A stretch of 64,000 nt of DNA from an uncultured virus (IMG/VR IMGVR_UViG_3300023198_000617) (taxonomy: Duplodnaviria; Heunggongvirae; Uroviricota; Caudoviricetes; Crassvirales), in IMG/VR virus record IMGVR_UViG_3300023198_000617. One strand, written 5' to 3'. Positions 40,291 through 50,238 of the stretch are shown here, in pieces (position 1 is the stretch's first letter; every line of letters starts with the position of its first letter). Both the position numbers and the translations under genes were made by a program. Under the pieces are notes generated by a model, which was not told the DNA's origin, made no database searches, and saw only the letters and a program-made list of their open reading frames with translations.

Positions 40291-41360
40291 GTATTAACAT
40301 GACGGACAAGGAGTATCGCTCCTTAGAACTCGTGAGCTATTCATCATTATCCAAGTTAGCAGATTCGCCACAAGGTTATAAAGCAAGTCAAGAATCAAAA
40401 CGGAAGGAAACTTCTGAAATGGTTCTTGGCTCTGTGGTGGATATGCTGCTAACAAACAAGGAGATATTTGATGATTCAGTTTACGTAATGACTGCTTCCA
40501 AACCCGGAAGCGAATTAATGTTAAAGTATTGTAATGTACTTGCACAGACAGGAGATACACAGAGAGCACATGATGAATCAGGTTATAAGATCAATTTAGA
40601 CGCATTAGTAAAGAAATTTGATAAAGAAGGTAGAGCATATTTTGATGCATTACTCGCAGGACAAGGAAAAATGATTATTGACGCAGAAGGAATGTTTACA
40701 GCAAATCAACTGGTCGCACAACTTACCTCAAATCCATTTACCAAAGGATATTTTAATTCGGATTCTCCGGATGTAGAACTCAAGTTCCAAGTCTCAATTA
40801 TATGGAACGCTCAGTACCAACCTGTTGAAGGTGGTGATGCAAGAATCATGAAAGTCAAAAGTATGATTGATATTGTTCATATTGATCATGCAAACGGAGT
40901 AATTACTCCATTCGACTTAAAAACAGGTGGAGAAGGATTCATGAAATCCTATTGGAGATACAAGCGTTATCTCCAAGCTGCCATGTACACTGATTCATTG
41001 ATATTCGCTGCGTGGGATGATCCAGAAGGAAGAATGAACCATTATCAGGTCGCTCCTCTGAAATTTATCTATGCAGACACCAATCTGTTCCATGCTCCTA
41101 CAATCTATGCTTCCACACCTCTTGACATTCATGCAGGGCGTGAAGGAATTGATTATCTTGAACCTCTTGGAGGCAAGGTAGCAGGTCAAGGAGTAGATTC
41201 AGTAGCATGGGGACCAATGGGACAAACAAAACGCAAAGGATATTCACGATTGATAGCAGAACTGGATTGGCATCAAAGAAACGATATTTGGAATTATACT
41301 TACGAAGACTATCAAAATATGGGCGAAAGGCAGATCAATGCCTTTGGTATTAAACTTTAA
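40287..41360 (+). CDS. PD-(D/E)XK exonuclease (RecE/DUF3799-like)
   Basis: SYSSL, GSVVD, K..ID......DLKT, Y.LQAAMY motifs. Confidence 0.8.
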   Translation: MSINMTDKEYRSLELVSYSSLSKLADSPQGYKASQESKRKETSEMVLGSVVDMLLTNKEIFDDSVYVMTASKPGSELMLKYCNVLAQTGDTQRAHDESGYKINLDALVKKFDKEGRAYFDALLAGQGKMIIDAEGMFTANQLVAQLTSNPFTKGYFNSDSPDVELKFQVSIIWNAQYQPVEGGDARIMKVKSMIDIVHIDHANGVITPFDLKTGGEGFMKSYWRYKRYLQAAMYTDSLIFAAWDDPEGRMNHYQVAPLKFIYADTNLFHAPTIYASTPLDIHAGREGIDYLEPLGGKVAGQGVDSVAWGPMGQTKRKGYSRLIAELDWHQRNDIWNYTYEDYQNMGERQINAFGIKL

Positions 41361-41371
41361 ACCCTTTCCCA

Positions 41372-42139
41372 ATGTTAGAAGGAAATACAATTAAGCTGAG
41401 TAATGGCAAGATCGTAAAGATCAAGGCATTAGATGCTGTCAAACTGTATCTCAATACTTCTAATCTTGCGTTCCTTCAATCTGAAACGGACGAAAACGAT
41501 GAGCATATTATAAATATTTCATTAGAAGATAAGTTTACTATTAAGAAAGGAGACAAATTCTCTCTTAATATCGGTAAAGTTAAAACTGTATATGAGGTAG
41601 TATATATAGTCATTGAAAAAAAGGGTAAATCGGTTATACTTTATACTGCATTGCCTACTAAAGCAAGTTTGTTCCTGCTACCTGTTTTAGGAAGGACTAA
41701 AAACCATCTAAAAGTAGATAGTTATTTTGTTAATGCATATCTCGATCATACACATAAGTACCTATGTCTAATGTACAGATTTACAGGAACTCAAGTTTAT
41801 AAAGAGTTCGAGAAAAGTATATCGACTGATCCTCTTTGTGTTTCTCATCTTGAACATGGTAAATACCACGTTGTATATATCTTCAAGATTCCTTCGGGTT
41901 TTAAAAAAGATGTAGTATCTTTCATAGAAGGGAAATACTCCAAGTTCTCTAAGGCGTTAAAAGGACGCATACAGAAGTTTTACGGTAAAGAAGACAGTAA
42001 ACCAATGATAGATGTTATTAATCGCAGTGAAGATTTAAAGAATCAAATAGAAGATTATTTAAAGGTAGAACTATCAGAAAGTAGTGAACTTGCATCAAAA
42101 CCAGATAATAAAGTTGAAATATATATTCCCTATGAGTGA
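41372..42139 (+). CDS. hypothetical protein
   Basis: 255 aa, FI.GKYSKFS motif. Confidence 0.65.
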   Translation: MLEGNTIKLSNGKIVKIKALDAVKLYLNTSNLAFLQSETDENDEHIINISLEDKFTIKKGDKFSLNIGKVKTVYEVVYIVIEKKGKSVILYTALPTKASLFLLPVLGRTKNHLKVDSYFVNAYLDHTHKYLCLMYRFTGTQVYKEFEKSISTDPLCVSHLEHGKYHVVYIFKIPSGFKKDVVSFIEGKYSKFSKALKGRIQKFYGKEDSKPMIDVINRSEDLKNQIEDYLKVELSESSELASKPDNKVEIYIPYE

Positions 42140-42506
42140 AGATTTAGAAAAAGACCAAAAAGAGTTTGAAGGAAATATGTCTGAACAGATGTATCAAGAG
42201 TTACTTACAAAAAGCTATGAGAAAATAGCTAATCTCAAGTTAGCTCTTGGTGCAACTCAGAGTTTAGAGATTGATCTTCGTGACAATATAGCCAAGACAG
42301 TATATCCTACATTTCTTTTACAATCAACATCAACGGAACAAGCTGCTCAAGATTCTTATCGTGCAGCAGATAAGTTGTTGAGAGTAAGGGAAACAGGCGT
42401 ACCTCATGATTCTGATTTAATTCTCCTTCTTAAAGAGATGAAAGACAGTTCTCCTAATGATGAAGTCTTTGGTCGTAGTGTCAGAAACTTTTTAACTGAT
42501 AAATAA
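42132..42506 (+). CDS. hypothetical protein
   Basis: ORF; start moved to MSEDLE. Confidence 0.55.
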   Translation: MSEDLEKDQKEFEGNMSEQMYQELLTKSYEKIANLKLALGATQSLEIDLRDNIAKTVYPTFLLQSTSTEQAAQDSYRAADKLLRVRETGVPHDSDLILLLKEMKDSSPNDEVFGRSVRNFLTDK

Positions 42507-42507
42507 T

Positions 42508-43272
42508 ATGAATAACGAAACAGCTTATTGGGCAGCAGCTAAGGAAAGAGCTTTACGTGCTCCCTTACCTGCAAGGACTAATACCTACAGTCCTGTTTCT
42601 CATGCTGAGATCATTGAAGCAATCCGTACTAACACAGTTGCCAATAGTTTAGCAATCGTCCGTGACAGGATGTATGCAAACACACTTGGTACAAGGGTTA
42701 CTGGATTCTTCGATGTCGAAGATGGAACAGACTTTGGTAATGTCCACGGACTGAAAATGATGTTCGGCTACCGCAACTCCTACGACAAATCTATGTCAGT
42801 TGCGTTTGTAGCAGGAGGGTCAGTATGGATTTGCGGAAACGGTCTCATTAGTGGAGACCTTATGGCTTTTAAACGCAAACATACCGGAACCGTTGCAGAA
42901 GAATTGAATGATAAAATCCAAATCGGAGTAGATCGTATGCGATCTGATTTTGTTAGGCTTAATATGGAAGTAGATGTGATGAAGAACTATTCTCTCACAC
43001 CACGACAGAAAGCCGAAGTTCTTGGAGTTATGTATTTCGAGAACAATCTTGTTACTCCTACTCAGTTGAGTGTTATTAAAAATGAACTCACTAACAGTGA
43101 GCATTTTAAGGAAGATAATGCTTGGAGCCTGTACAATAATGTCAGTGAATCTCTCAAGAAGAGTCATCCAGTTGATATTATACAGGATCATATAAAACTG
43201 CACTCTTTCATGAAGGACTTAACAGGATTGAATGAAACTACACTTGATGTCGAAGCACGACCTGAAGCGTAA
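42508..43272 (+). CDS. DUF932/DUF945-like phage protein
   Basis: Y.PV.H, RNSYDKS, V.IC.NGL, KHT, W.LYN..E..K motifs. Confidence 0.75.
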   Translation: MNNETAYWAAAKERALRAPLPARTNTYSPVSHAEIIEAIRTNTVANSLAIVRDRMYANTLGTRVTGFFDVEDGTDFGNVHGLKMMFGYRNSYDKSMSVAFVAGGSVWICGNGLISGDLMAFKRKHTGTVAEELNDKIQIGVDRMRSDFVRLNMEVDVMKNYSLTPRQKAEVLGVMYFENNLVTPTQLSVIKNELTNSEHFKEDNAWSLYNNVSESLKKSHPVDIIQDHIKLHSFMKDLTGLNETTLDVEARPEA

Positions 43273-43951
43273 ATTTCTTTATCTGTTAGGAAAGGAATGG
43301 TTCGAGCTAATCGAAGAGTATTTAGATACAAGAGATTTTTCAAATCTCATACTTGAACTATCTAAAGAGAGGAAACTATATACAGTTTATCCTGAACAAG
43401 GTTCTGATCTACTCTTTAAGGCGTTCAGAACCACTCCTTTTTCTAAAGTTAAGGTGGTGATACTTGGTCAAGACCCGTATCACGATGGTTCTTACGATGG
43501 TTTTGCCTTCTCAAATACGAGAAGGATAAGACTATCTCCTTCATTACAGAACATTCTCAAGGAAGTCGAATCAGACGTATATGACGGTTTTAAACTGTCA
43601 CAGGACTCTGAACTCGAACGATGGGCGAAACAAGGTGTATTGCTCATTAATACGGCTCATACGGTGCGTAAGGGAGAACCCGGTTCTCATATTCATTTAT
43701 GGAATATGTTTACTGGTAGTGTGATTCATCAACTCACCAATAATAATGAACCTCTTGTATGGATGTTATGGGGAGGTAAAGCTAAGAGAGCTGCTCATGC
43801 TGAATATCTAAGTAAGTACAAAACTAATCATGTACTTACAGCAGCACATCCTTCACCTTACTCAGCAAGTAACGGATTTTTTGGATGTAAGCACTTTAGT
43901 AAGTGTAATGAATTTTTAGTTAAAAATAATATTGAACCTATAAATTGGTAA
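43232..43951 (+). CDS. ung: uracil-DNA glycosylase (family 1)
   Basis: VVILGQDPYH, QGVLL.N, LWG, HPSP, FFGCKHFS. Confidence 0.95.
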   Translation: MKLHLMSKHDLKRKFLYLLGKEWFELIEEYLDTRDFSNLILELSKERKLYTVYPEQGSDLLFKAFRTTPFSKVKVVILGQDPYHDGSYDGFAFSNTRRIRLSPSLQNILKEVESDVYDGFKLSQDSELERWAKQGVLLINTAHTVRKGEPGSHIHLWNMFTGSVIHQLTNNNEPLVWMLWGGKAKRAAHAEYLSKYKTNHVLTAAHPSPYSASNGFFGCKHFSKCNEFLVKNNIEPINW

Positions 43952-43954
43952 ACT

Positions 43955-44326
43955 ATGTTTGAAAATCAAGTTGAACAGTATATTGCAAAAGCTCTCTTTG
44001 AAGAGGCAAACGGTGACAATAATTTTCTGAATGAAAGCGAACTTGCTTTCCGTGTGACAGGAATGATGTACACTGATAAGATCAAGTCCGATGGACCTGT
44101 ATCTCTTCGCTCCGTCAAAGGTAAAATGGGCAGAGTACGTTCCATATGTGATGAAAGCTCCAAAATTCTGCTTCCTCAAGTGGAAGTAATTGAGGATGTC
44201 AAAATCGTTACAGGTTGGAAAATTGCATCCGGAGCTGATTTGGAGTATATTGCGGAAACTTTCTTGGGTATCAAACCTGCGAAAGCTAAAACTGCCGATG
44301 CTCCTGAAGCTCAATCTTCAGAATAA
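43955..44326 (+). CDS. hypothetical protein
   Basis: 123-aa ORF in operon. Confidence 0.6.
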   Translation: MFENQVEQYIAKALFEEANGDNNFLNESELAFRVTGMMYTDKIKSDGPVSLRSVKGKMGRVRSICDESSKILLPQVEVIEDVKIVTGWKIASGADLEYIAETFLGIKPAKAKTADAPEAQSSE

Positions 44327-44673
44327 TGGAAACTGATATATTTTACTACCACGGAAAAACCAATGATGGTTATAGATTTACAATCGCTGGTCGTTTTCAA
44401 GAAATGCCTGAGAATGGTGGTGATTTTGATGTAATTATGCTTGGCATATCCTTGTGCGGTAAACAAGATCAGTTTTGCAAAAAACTCGGTAGAGTAAGAT
44501 CAGCAGGAAGAATGAAATCCAAAAGCATTTTGGGTAGAACATACTTCTCACTGTATCAGGAAACTATGCCTTTAAATTGGTTCGCAGAAATGAAAGGTAA
44601 AATCTTTGTTGAAGCAGCACAACTTAATAACGCTCTTAGCAGGACATCAATCATGCGAAAATTTAACCTATAG
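44326..44673 (+). CDS. conserved phage hypothetical protein
   Basis: R.TIAG...G.S.C...DQF.KK.GR..S.GR pattern. Confidence 0.6.
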   Translation: METDIFYYHGKTNDGYRFTIAGRFQEMPENGGDFDVIMLGISLCGKQDQFCKKLGRVRSAGRMKSKSILGRTYFSLYQETMPLNWFAEMKGKIFVEAAQLNNALSRTSIMRKFNL

Positions 44674-44762
44674 TCACTACTTTCGCTACAGTAGAAAGCC
44701 TGAGTAGGAAAGTGTAAGCAAGTACTACTCAGGTATTTTACCAATCACAAACTGATAATTAA

Positions 44763-45191
44763 ATGAAACCTACAGACGAAGACAAGAAAGAAATTCTTAA
44801 AAAAGTTGAAGAAGCAATTGATCAAGAAGCTCCATTTATTATCCTCACCGAGGATTCAGATGAAGCAGCAGTAATGATAGGAGGAGACAAGAAAAGTCTT
44901 TCTCGTATGCTATCAATCGGTATGTCTAAAATACCTGAACTTGAAATGATTGTCAAGTATGCAAGAAAGGCTCTCAAACACGCACGTAAATCAAGTAACA
45001 AAAACGATGGAATTGAGTCTGAATTTTTGAAATGCAAAACGTGTGATAAAAAGGACGATTGTCCTGTTCGCTCATTAAACGAGAAATTAATGAGTAATAA
45101 TGCTGTTCCTAAAGACCTTATGGAACTTCTCGAAACTCTCAGTAAAGAACATGGTCCAATAGTGGACATTAAATCAAAAGGAGATTGTTAA
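44763..45191 (+). CDS. hypothetical protein with CxxC..C motif
   Basis: 142-aa ORF. Confidence 0.6.
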   Translation: MKPTDEDKKEILKKVEEAIDQEAPFIILTEDSDEAAVMIGGDKKSLSRMLSIGMSKIPELEMIVKYARKALKHARKSSNKNDGIESEFLKCKTCDKKDDCPVRSLNEKLMSNNAVPKDLMELLETLSKEHGPIVDIKSKGDC

Positions 45192-45209
45192 CCCTTTAAA
45201 ATTAAAAAA

Positions 45210-45557
45210 ATGGCGGAAGAAGTCGAAGTACAAGTAGGTGCGTTCAAAGAATCTTTGTATCGCAACAACAGTAAGATCAGGAAAGATCGTGCTGATTCTA
45301 TTATTGAGGACGCTGAACTTATCTATAAGCGTGAAATCGAAGACTTAGATGTTTCGATGAAGAAAATGCAGAGAGAGCAGGAGAATATGCTTGATCTGTC
45401 TCCTACCAACGCAATGAACCTTACTCTTGCAAGTGACTTTGATTCAAAAGTCTATGTAGATAAGGACATTGAACTTGGAGTAAAAATCCGCAATGTTGAG
45501 ATCAAACTCGAAATTGCACGTAAGCGTTATGCTTACTTATTCGGGGGAGCTGAATAA
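45210..45557 (+). CDS. coiled-coil hypothetical protein
   Basis: 115 aa, coupled (TAATG) to the vWA gene. Confidence 0.65.
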   Translation: MAEEVEVQVGAFKESLYRNNSKIRKDRADSIIEDAELIYKREIEDLDVSMKKMQREQENMLDLSPTNAMNLTLASDFDSKVYVDKDIELGVKIRNVEIKLEIARKRYAYLFGGAE

Positions 45558-46423
45558 TGGGAGGAGGAACATATTCATATAGTTCTCGTATGACGAGAGC
45601 TTCAGCATCAGGGATGATGACTAACTCCCTGACAGAGAATTTCAAGAGTAAATCAGTTGTTCGTGAAATGCAAACTGTTGATCTTGAATTTCGTGAATCA
45701 AGAGACTCAGAAGAACATCCTGCATCTGTCGCAATCATCATTGCATTAGATGTAACAGGTTCTATGGGATCAGTTCCAGACCATCTTGTTAAGCATGGTC
45801 TTCCCACTATGGTAGATGCAATCATCAACAGAGGTAATCCTGATCCTCAAATTCTCTTCATGGGAATTGGAGATCATATATGGGATAGAGCACCTCTACA
45901 GGTAGGTCAATTCGAGAGTTCTGACGAACTTCTTGACAAGTGGCTTACCAGTACCTACCTTGAAGGTGGTGGAGGTGGTAACGATGGTGAAAGCTATATG
46001 TTAGCTTGGTATTTCGCTGCTCGTCATACTCAGATCGACTGTATGGAGAAAAGAAAGCAGAAAGGATTCCTGTTTACTATCGGTGACGAACCTGTATTAT
46101 CTTCGATTGAAGGTAGCTACCTTGAAAAAATCATGGGTAAAGGTCAGTACGGTCTTGAGATTCAATCCAAAGATTTGCTTGAAGAAGCAAAGAAACTCTA
46201 TGAAGTATATCATATCCATATCGCTGAAACCTATTCCGGAGCAAGAAAGAACGTTCAGGAAGGTTGGAGGCAACTGATGGGAGAAGATAATCTCATTATT
46301 GTTCAGAGTAGCGATCATGTGAGTTCTGCTATTGCTTCTATTGTTGCAGGTGTAGAGGGAACCCATGACGTTGAAGAGAATGGTTCTGATACTGATATTG
46401 ATAAACCTGAAGAAATACTTTAA
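45557..46423 (+). CDS. von Willebrand factor A domain protein
   Basis: MIDAS LDVTGSMG, GIGD, LQVGQFES, EGGGGGN..ESY, FTIGDE. Confidence 0.85.
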   Translation: MGGGTYSYSSRMTRASASGMMTNSLTENFKSKSVVREMQTVDLEFRESRDSEEHPASVAIIIALDVTGSMGSVPDHLVKHGLPTMVDAIINRGNPDPQILFMGIGDHIWDRAPLQVGQFESSDELLDKWLTSTYLEGGGGGNDGESYMLAWYFAARHTQIDCMEKRKQKGFLFTIGDEPVLSSIEGSYLEKIMGKGQYGLEIQSKDLLEEAKKLYEVYHIHIAETYSGARKNVQEGWRQLMGEDNLIIVQSSDHVSSAIASIVAGVEGTHDVEENGSDTDIDKPEEIL

Positions 46424-46425
46424 TC

Positions 46426-46635
46426 ATGGGAGGAAATACATATTCCAAAACTGACACTCCTGAGAGGAAGGTCAGTGAAAAGTTTGTCACTTGGCTCAAT
46501 GGTATTGAGTTCAGGAATGACAAAGACATGATGATCGCTCTATACGAGATTAGAGATGAATGTAGTGTTCGCATTTCAGCAATGGAAGAGGAGGAAGCTG
46601 CTGCTATTAATAAAGCTGAAGCTGAAGGCTCGTGA
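46426..46635 (+). CDS. small protein sharing the MGGxTYS N-terminus with the vWA protein
   Basis: 69 aa; starts MGGNTYS versus MGGGTYS. Confidence 0.6.
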   Translation: MGGNTYSKTDTPERKVSEKFVTWLNGIEFRNDKDMMIALYEIRDECSVRISAMEEEEAAAINKAEAEGS

Positions 46636-47804
46636 AACCTCGTGATATGAGACACGCAGTAATCGGACTTGGATTTGGTGATGAGGGGAAGGGTATGGTA
46701 GTATCATACCTTTCTTCTTATTATAATAATCCAATGGTCGTAAGATACTCAGGTGGACATCAAGCAGGTCATACTGTACATTTTGAAGATATGAAGCATA
46801 CGTTTGCTAACTTTGGAAGCGGTACTCTGCAAGGTTGTCCTACTTACTGGTCTAAATACTGTACTGTTGATCCTGTTGGTCTATTAAACGAACTCGCAGT
46901 TCTAATAGATAAGATGGGTATGGAATTTGACGGTATAAGACTTTATATTCATAACGAGTGTCCTGTAACTACTCCCTACGATATGAATTACAATCGTTCA
47001 AGAGAGAAGGATATGATGCATGGAACTTGTGGTGTTGGATTTGGAGCGACCATTGAAAGAGAAGAGAACAATTTTCATTTACAGTTCTCTGATCTCTTTA
47101 ACCCTACTGTACTTGAGATTAAACTCAATATGATTCGTAAATATTATAATATGTTTTTGGAGGATACAATGCTCGGAGAACATACCTTATTTATGGAAGC
47201 TGTAGATGTACTTAATGATAGAACCAAATTTCCAAATGAAGTTGTTGTTCCTGTAAATAGTAATCAACTTCCAGCACACCCAAACACTATTTATGAGAGT
47301 AGTCAGGGTCTTTTGCTGGATCAGGATATTGGGTTCTTTCCTCACGTAACACATAGTAACGTGGGACGTAAGCGTTTAGATGATTTTATCTTTCACTACG
47401 ATGAGGTATGGTATGTGACAAGAGCATATCAAACCCGTCATGGCGAAGGTCCAATGACTAATGAGGAGATTCCCTGTACGTTTGTAAATCTTGAAGATGA
47501 AACAAACGTTCTCAATGATCATCAGGGACATTTTCGGAGAACTATTCTTGATCTTGATCTCTTAAACTATGCTTTAGAACATGATCGAAGGAAAGCAAGA
47601 AGTGTTCAGAACGAATACTTAGTGATTACCTGTCTTGACCAAATGGTTGATTGGCAGTTCACTCATGAAGGTAAAGTCTTTAAAACTGATAATGAAACAA
47701 CATTCATTTCCGCTATAGTAAGCAATTTGAATTTTGAAGGAATGGTGTATCTTAGCCGTTCTGCCGATAATAAACTTGAACAATGGAGAGGAGGAAGATT
47801 ATGA
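46632..47804 (+). CDS. divergent adenylosuccinate synthetase-like protein
   Basis: GLGFGDEGKG, RYSGG.QAGHT, GTCGVG, ESSQGLLLD, FPHVT.S, TRAY.TRHG.GP, ITCLD. Confidence 0.85.
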   Translation: MKPRDMRHAVIGLGFGDEGKGMVVSYLSSYYNNPMVVRYSGGHQAGHTVHFEDMKHTFANFGSGTLQGCPTYWSKYCTVDPVGLLNELAVLIDKMGMEFDGIRLYIHNECPVTTPYDMNYNRSREKDMMHGTCGVGFGATIEREENNFHLQFSDLFNPTVLEIKLNMIRKYYNMFLEDTMLGEHTLFMEAVDVLNDRTKFPNEVVVPVNSNQLPAHPNTIYESSQGLLLDQDIGFFPHVTHSNVGRKRLDDFIFHYDEVWYVTRAYQTRHGEGPMTNEEIPCTFVNLEDETNVLNDHQGHFRRTILDLDLLNYALEHDRRKARSVQNEYLVITCLDQMVDWQFTHEGKVFKTDNETTFISAIVSNLNFEGMVYLSRSADNKLEQWRGGRL

Positions 47805-48382
47805 TTGAAAAACTGAATTTTGAAGATTTGAATCTACTGGAAGTAGGTAATACTCTTGAAATTATAGGTGTTGTATACGGAACTGACCGTAGGAATATTA
47901 TCATAATGCTTCCTGACGAAGGACTTATTGCTCCTGTTGAAGTAATGAATCCTACTATTGAAGAGTGGCAGCAGATTGTCAGACAATCTGACATGAAAGA
48001 AATCGAAGGTATGGACAGGGATAAGAAAATTATCTTACGAAAATCCACCCGACAGATCGAACAGAAGATCATGTGGGAGGTGTACCGCAGAGATGAATAC
48101 ACCTGTCGATATTGTGGTGTAACTGATCGACCATTAACAGTAGATCATGTAGTATTATGGGAAGAAATGGGTCCGAGTATTCCGTTAAACCTTATTTCGA
48201 GTTGCAAAAAATGCAACAGTAAACGAGGAAATATGCAGTACGAAGATTGGCTTCAAAGTCCACAATACTTATCGCAAATTCCGAAAATTCCGGTAAATTT
48301 TATTGCAGCTAATTCGTTAGCTCTTACATACATACCGGAGATCAAGGAGAACCACTTGCGTACCGTGAAGCGTAGCCGATAA
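47783..48382 (+). CDS. HNH endonuclease domain protein
   Basis: RD...CRYCG....LTVDHV.....G.....NL..SC..CN..RG. Confidence 0.85.
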   Translation: MERRKIMIEKLNFEDLNLLEVGNTLEIIGVVYGTDRRNIIIMLPDEGLIAPVEVMNPTIEEWQQIVRQSDMKEIEGMDRDKKIILRKSTRQIEQKIMWEVYRRDEYTCRYCGVTDRPLTVDHVVLWEEMGPSIPLNLISSCKKCNSKRGNMQYEDWLQSPQYLSQIPKIPVNFIAANSLALTYIPEIKENHLRTVKRSR

Positions 48383-48434
48383 TTCACGATCCTCTAATTA
48401 ATCTTAGTAGCAATCTTTTAATCTTTTTTCTATC

Positions 48435-50090
48435 ATGGGAAAATTCAATGAGAAGAGTACGACTAAACACGTACCTTCAGAAGTAAACAAAATGGGATCA
48501 GCAGCTTACAAGCTCGATCCTAAAGAAGAACTAGTATCAACCGTACTGACTACTTTTGTACAGAAGTCTTACTACGAAAAAGAGAAGGAGATCATGAAAC
48601 GCTTCCGTAAGGCAGCAGAGAAATGTGATCCTTTGTTCGTAGCAAAGACTGCTATCTACGCTCGTACTCAGGCTAATATGAGAAGTTCTTCACACGTACT
48701 TGCATCCGAACTCGCTCCAAGAATTACTGGACTTGAGTGGGGAACAAGGTTCTACAATAAAGTTGTAGTACGTGTAGATGACATGAGTGAGATTCTGTCT
48801 TACTATGGCAATATCATGAAAGGTAAAGGTGTTCCTAACGCTATGCGTAAGGGATTCAAACTCAAGCTGGAAGGTCTTGATCCTTATCTGATTGATAAGT
48901 ACAAGATGCTTAGTAGGGAGATTTCTCTTATTGACCTCGTGAACCGTATGCACCCTATTCCTACACAGTCCAATGCAGAAGCATATAAGCTGCTTATGAC
49001 TGAAGGTGGAAAAGGGATCGACAAACTATATGGCTCCAAAATCCTTGAGAAAGAGATGAGTAAGGCTGGTACAGCTCCTAAAACAGCTCAGAAAACTGTT
49101 GAAGTAGCTAAACAAGAAGCTATTGAATCTGTTCTCGGAAATGTGAAAGGGATGCCTATTTTTAACCTACTCAGGAACCTGAGAAATATTATTCTCTATG
49201 CTCCTGATAGTGTTGAAACTGCTGTATCTCAGCTTACAATTCCGGAGAAGATTTATAAGTCAAGGCTTCTGCCTTTCCGTTTCCTGTCTGCTCACCTTGA
49301 AGTTTCCAAGATGAGGTATGAACTCAAGGAAGGAGAGTCAAGTGCTATCGTTTTTGAAGACGAAATTGAGACAAGGGTTTCGACCAAAGTTGAATTTGAA
49401 GGCTTCAAGAAACTTGTACTTATGGGTCTGGAAACAGCAATTGAATTGTCATGCCATAACATTCCTGAACTGGAAGGTCGTGTGGCTATTCTTATTGACC
49501 ACTCAGGATCAATGAGAGGAGATGGAGGTGGAGCATCACTTGTATCAACTCTCTCACGTACCACTATGGTTGATATTGCTAACCTATTCGCTTCTATGCT
49601 TCTTGCGAAGCAACCAAGCGTATATGTTGGACTGTTCGGTGATACGTTGATCCAGTATAAGATCAATCGTAAAATGTCTATCATTGAAGCGACAAGAGAT
49701 ATGTATCGAAAAGGTCGTGAATGTGGTGGTGGAACTGAGCATGGAATCTATACTTTCTTTGAAGAGATTATCGCTTCTAAGACTCCTGTAGATAATATCA
49801 TTGTTTTCTCTGATATGGTTATTGGAGAGCGTAACAGTTGGTATGGTCTCTCTGGATCAGGGAGAGGTCAAGGAAGATTCCAAGACCTGTTTAAGAAGTT
49901 CAGGAAAATGAACCCTGTAGCTAAAGTTGTTTCTGTAAATATCCATCAGACTGATGGTACAACTGTGTTCAATAAGAACATGGGTGTATCTCAGGTTGCT
50001 GGATGGTCAGAAAAGATTTTCGATGTAATTGCCGAAGGTGGAGCTGGTTACAAAGCTATCATTGAGGAAATCGAAAAAATTGTTATTTAA
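48435..50090 (+). CDS. rsr: Ro60/TROVE RNA-binding protein with C-terminal vWA
   Basis: N..G..AY.L..KEEL, P.FVAK.A.YAR....MRS, LLRNLRN, SRLLPFRF..A, MIDAS IDHSGSM, GGT, FSDM, GWSEK. Confidence 0.93.
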   Translation: MGKFNEKSTTKHVPSEVNKMGSAAYKLDPKEELVSTVLTTFVQKSYYEKEKEIMKRFRKAAEKCDPLFVAKTAIYARTQANMRSSSHVLASELAPRITGLEWGTRFYNKVVVRVDDMSEILSYYGNIMKGKGVPNAMRKGFKLKLEGLDPYLIDKYKMLSREISLIDLVNRMHPIPTQSNAEAYKLLMTEGGKGIDKLYGSKILEKEMSKAGTAPKTAQKTVEVAKQEAIESVLGNVKGMPIFNLLRNLRNIILYAPDSVETAVSQLTIPEKIYKSRLLPFRFLSAHLEVSKMRYELKEGESSAIVFEDEIETRVSTKVEFEGFKKLVLMGLETAIELSCHNIPELEGRVAILIDHSGSMRGDGGGASLVSTLSRTTMVDIANLFASMLLAKQPSVYVGLFGDTLIQYKINRKMSIIEATRDMYRKGRECGGGTEHGIYTFFEEIIASKTPVDNIIVFSDMVIGERNSWYGLSGSGRGQGRFQDLFKKFRKMNPVAKVVSVNIHQTDGTTVFNKNMGVSQVAGWSEKIFDVIAEGGAGYKAIIEEIEKIVI

Positions 50091-50094
50091 CAGT

Positions 50095-50124
50095 TTTGGC
50101 TATACAGAATTTTATATATATTTG
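50095..50124 (+). promoter_or_regulatory. Bacteroidota sigma-A promoter driving the RNA array
   Basis: TTTG (50095-50098), 18-nt spacer, TATATTTG (50117-50124). Confidence 0.7.
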
Positions 50125-50217
50125 CAAAAGAGAGTGACTATTAGAAGGCTTACTTCGTTACAAGTTTCCATATACTTTCTATGATAATCGTCTTCTTCAA
50201 TTTTTCCTCTCTTTTGC
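50124..50217 (+). ncRNA. Y-RNA-like unit 1 (scaffold with short insert)
   Basis: Terminal stem gcaaaagagag/ctctcttttgc, inner stem agaaggc/gtcttct, TTACTTCG at 50150. Confidence 0.7.
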
Positions 50218-50238
50218 ATTTTTAGTTCTTTGAATAAG

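Noticed and set aside
46632..47804. PurZ (2-aminoadenine, Z-DNA pathway)
   Set aside because: The N-terminal motif is GDEGKG with the PurA-type Asp, not the Ser-containing PurZ motif. No dATPase or MazZ partner is evident nearby.
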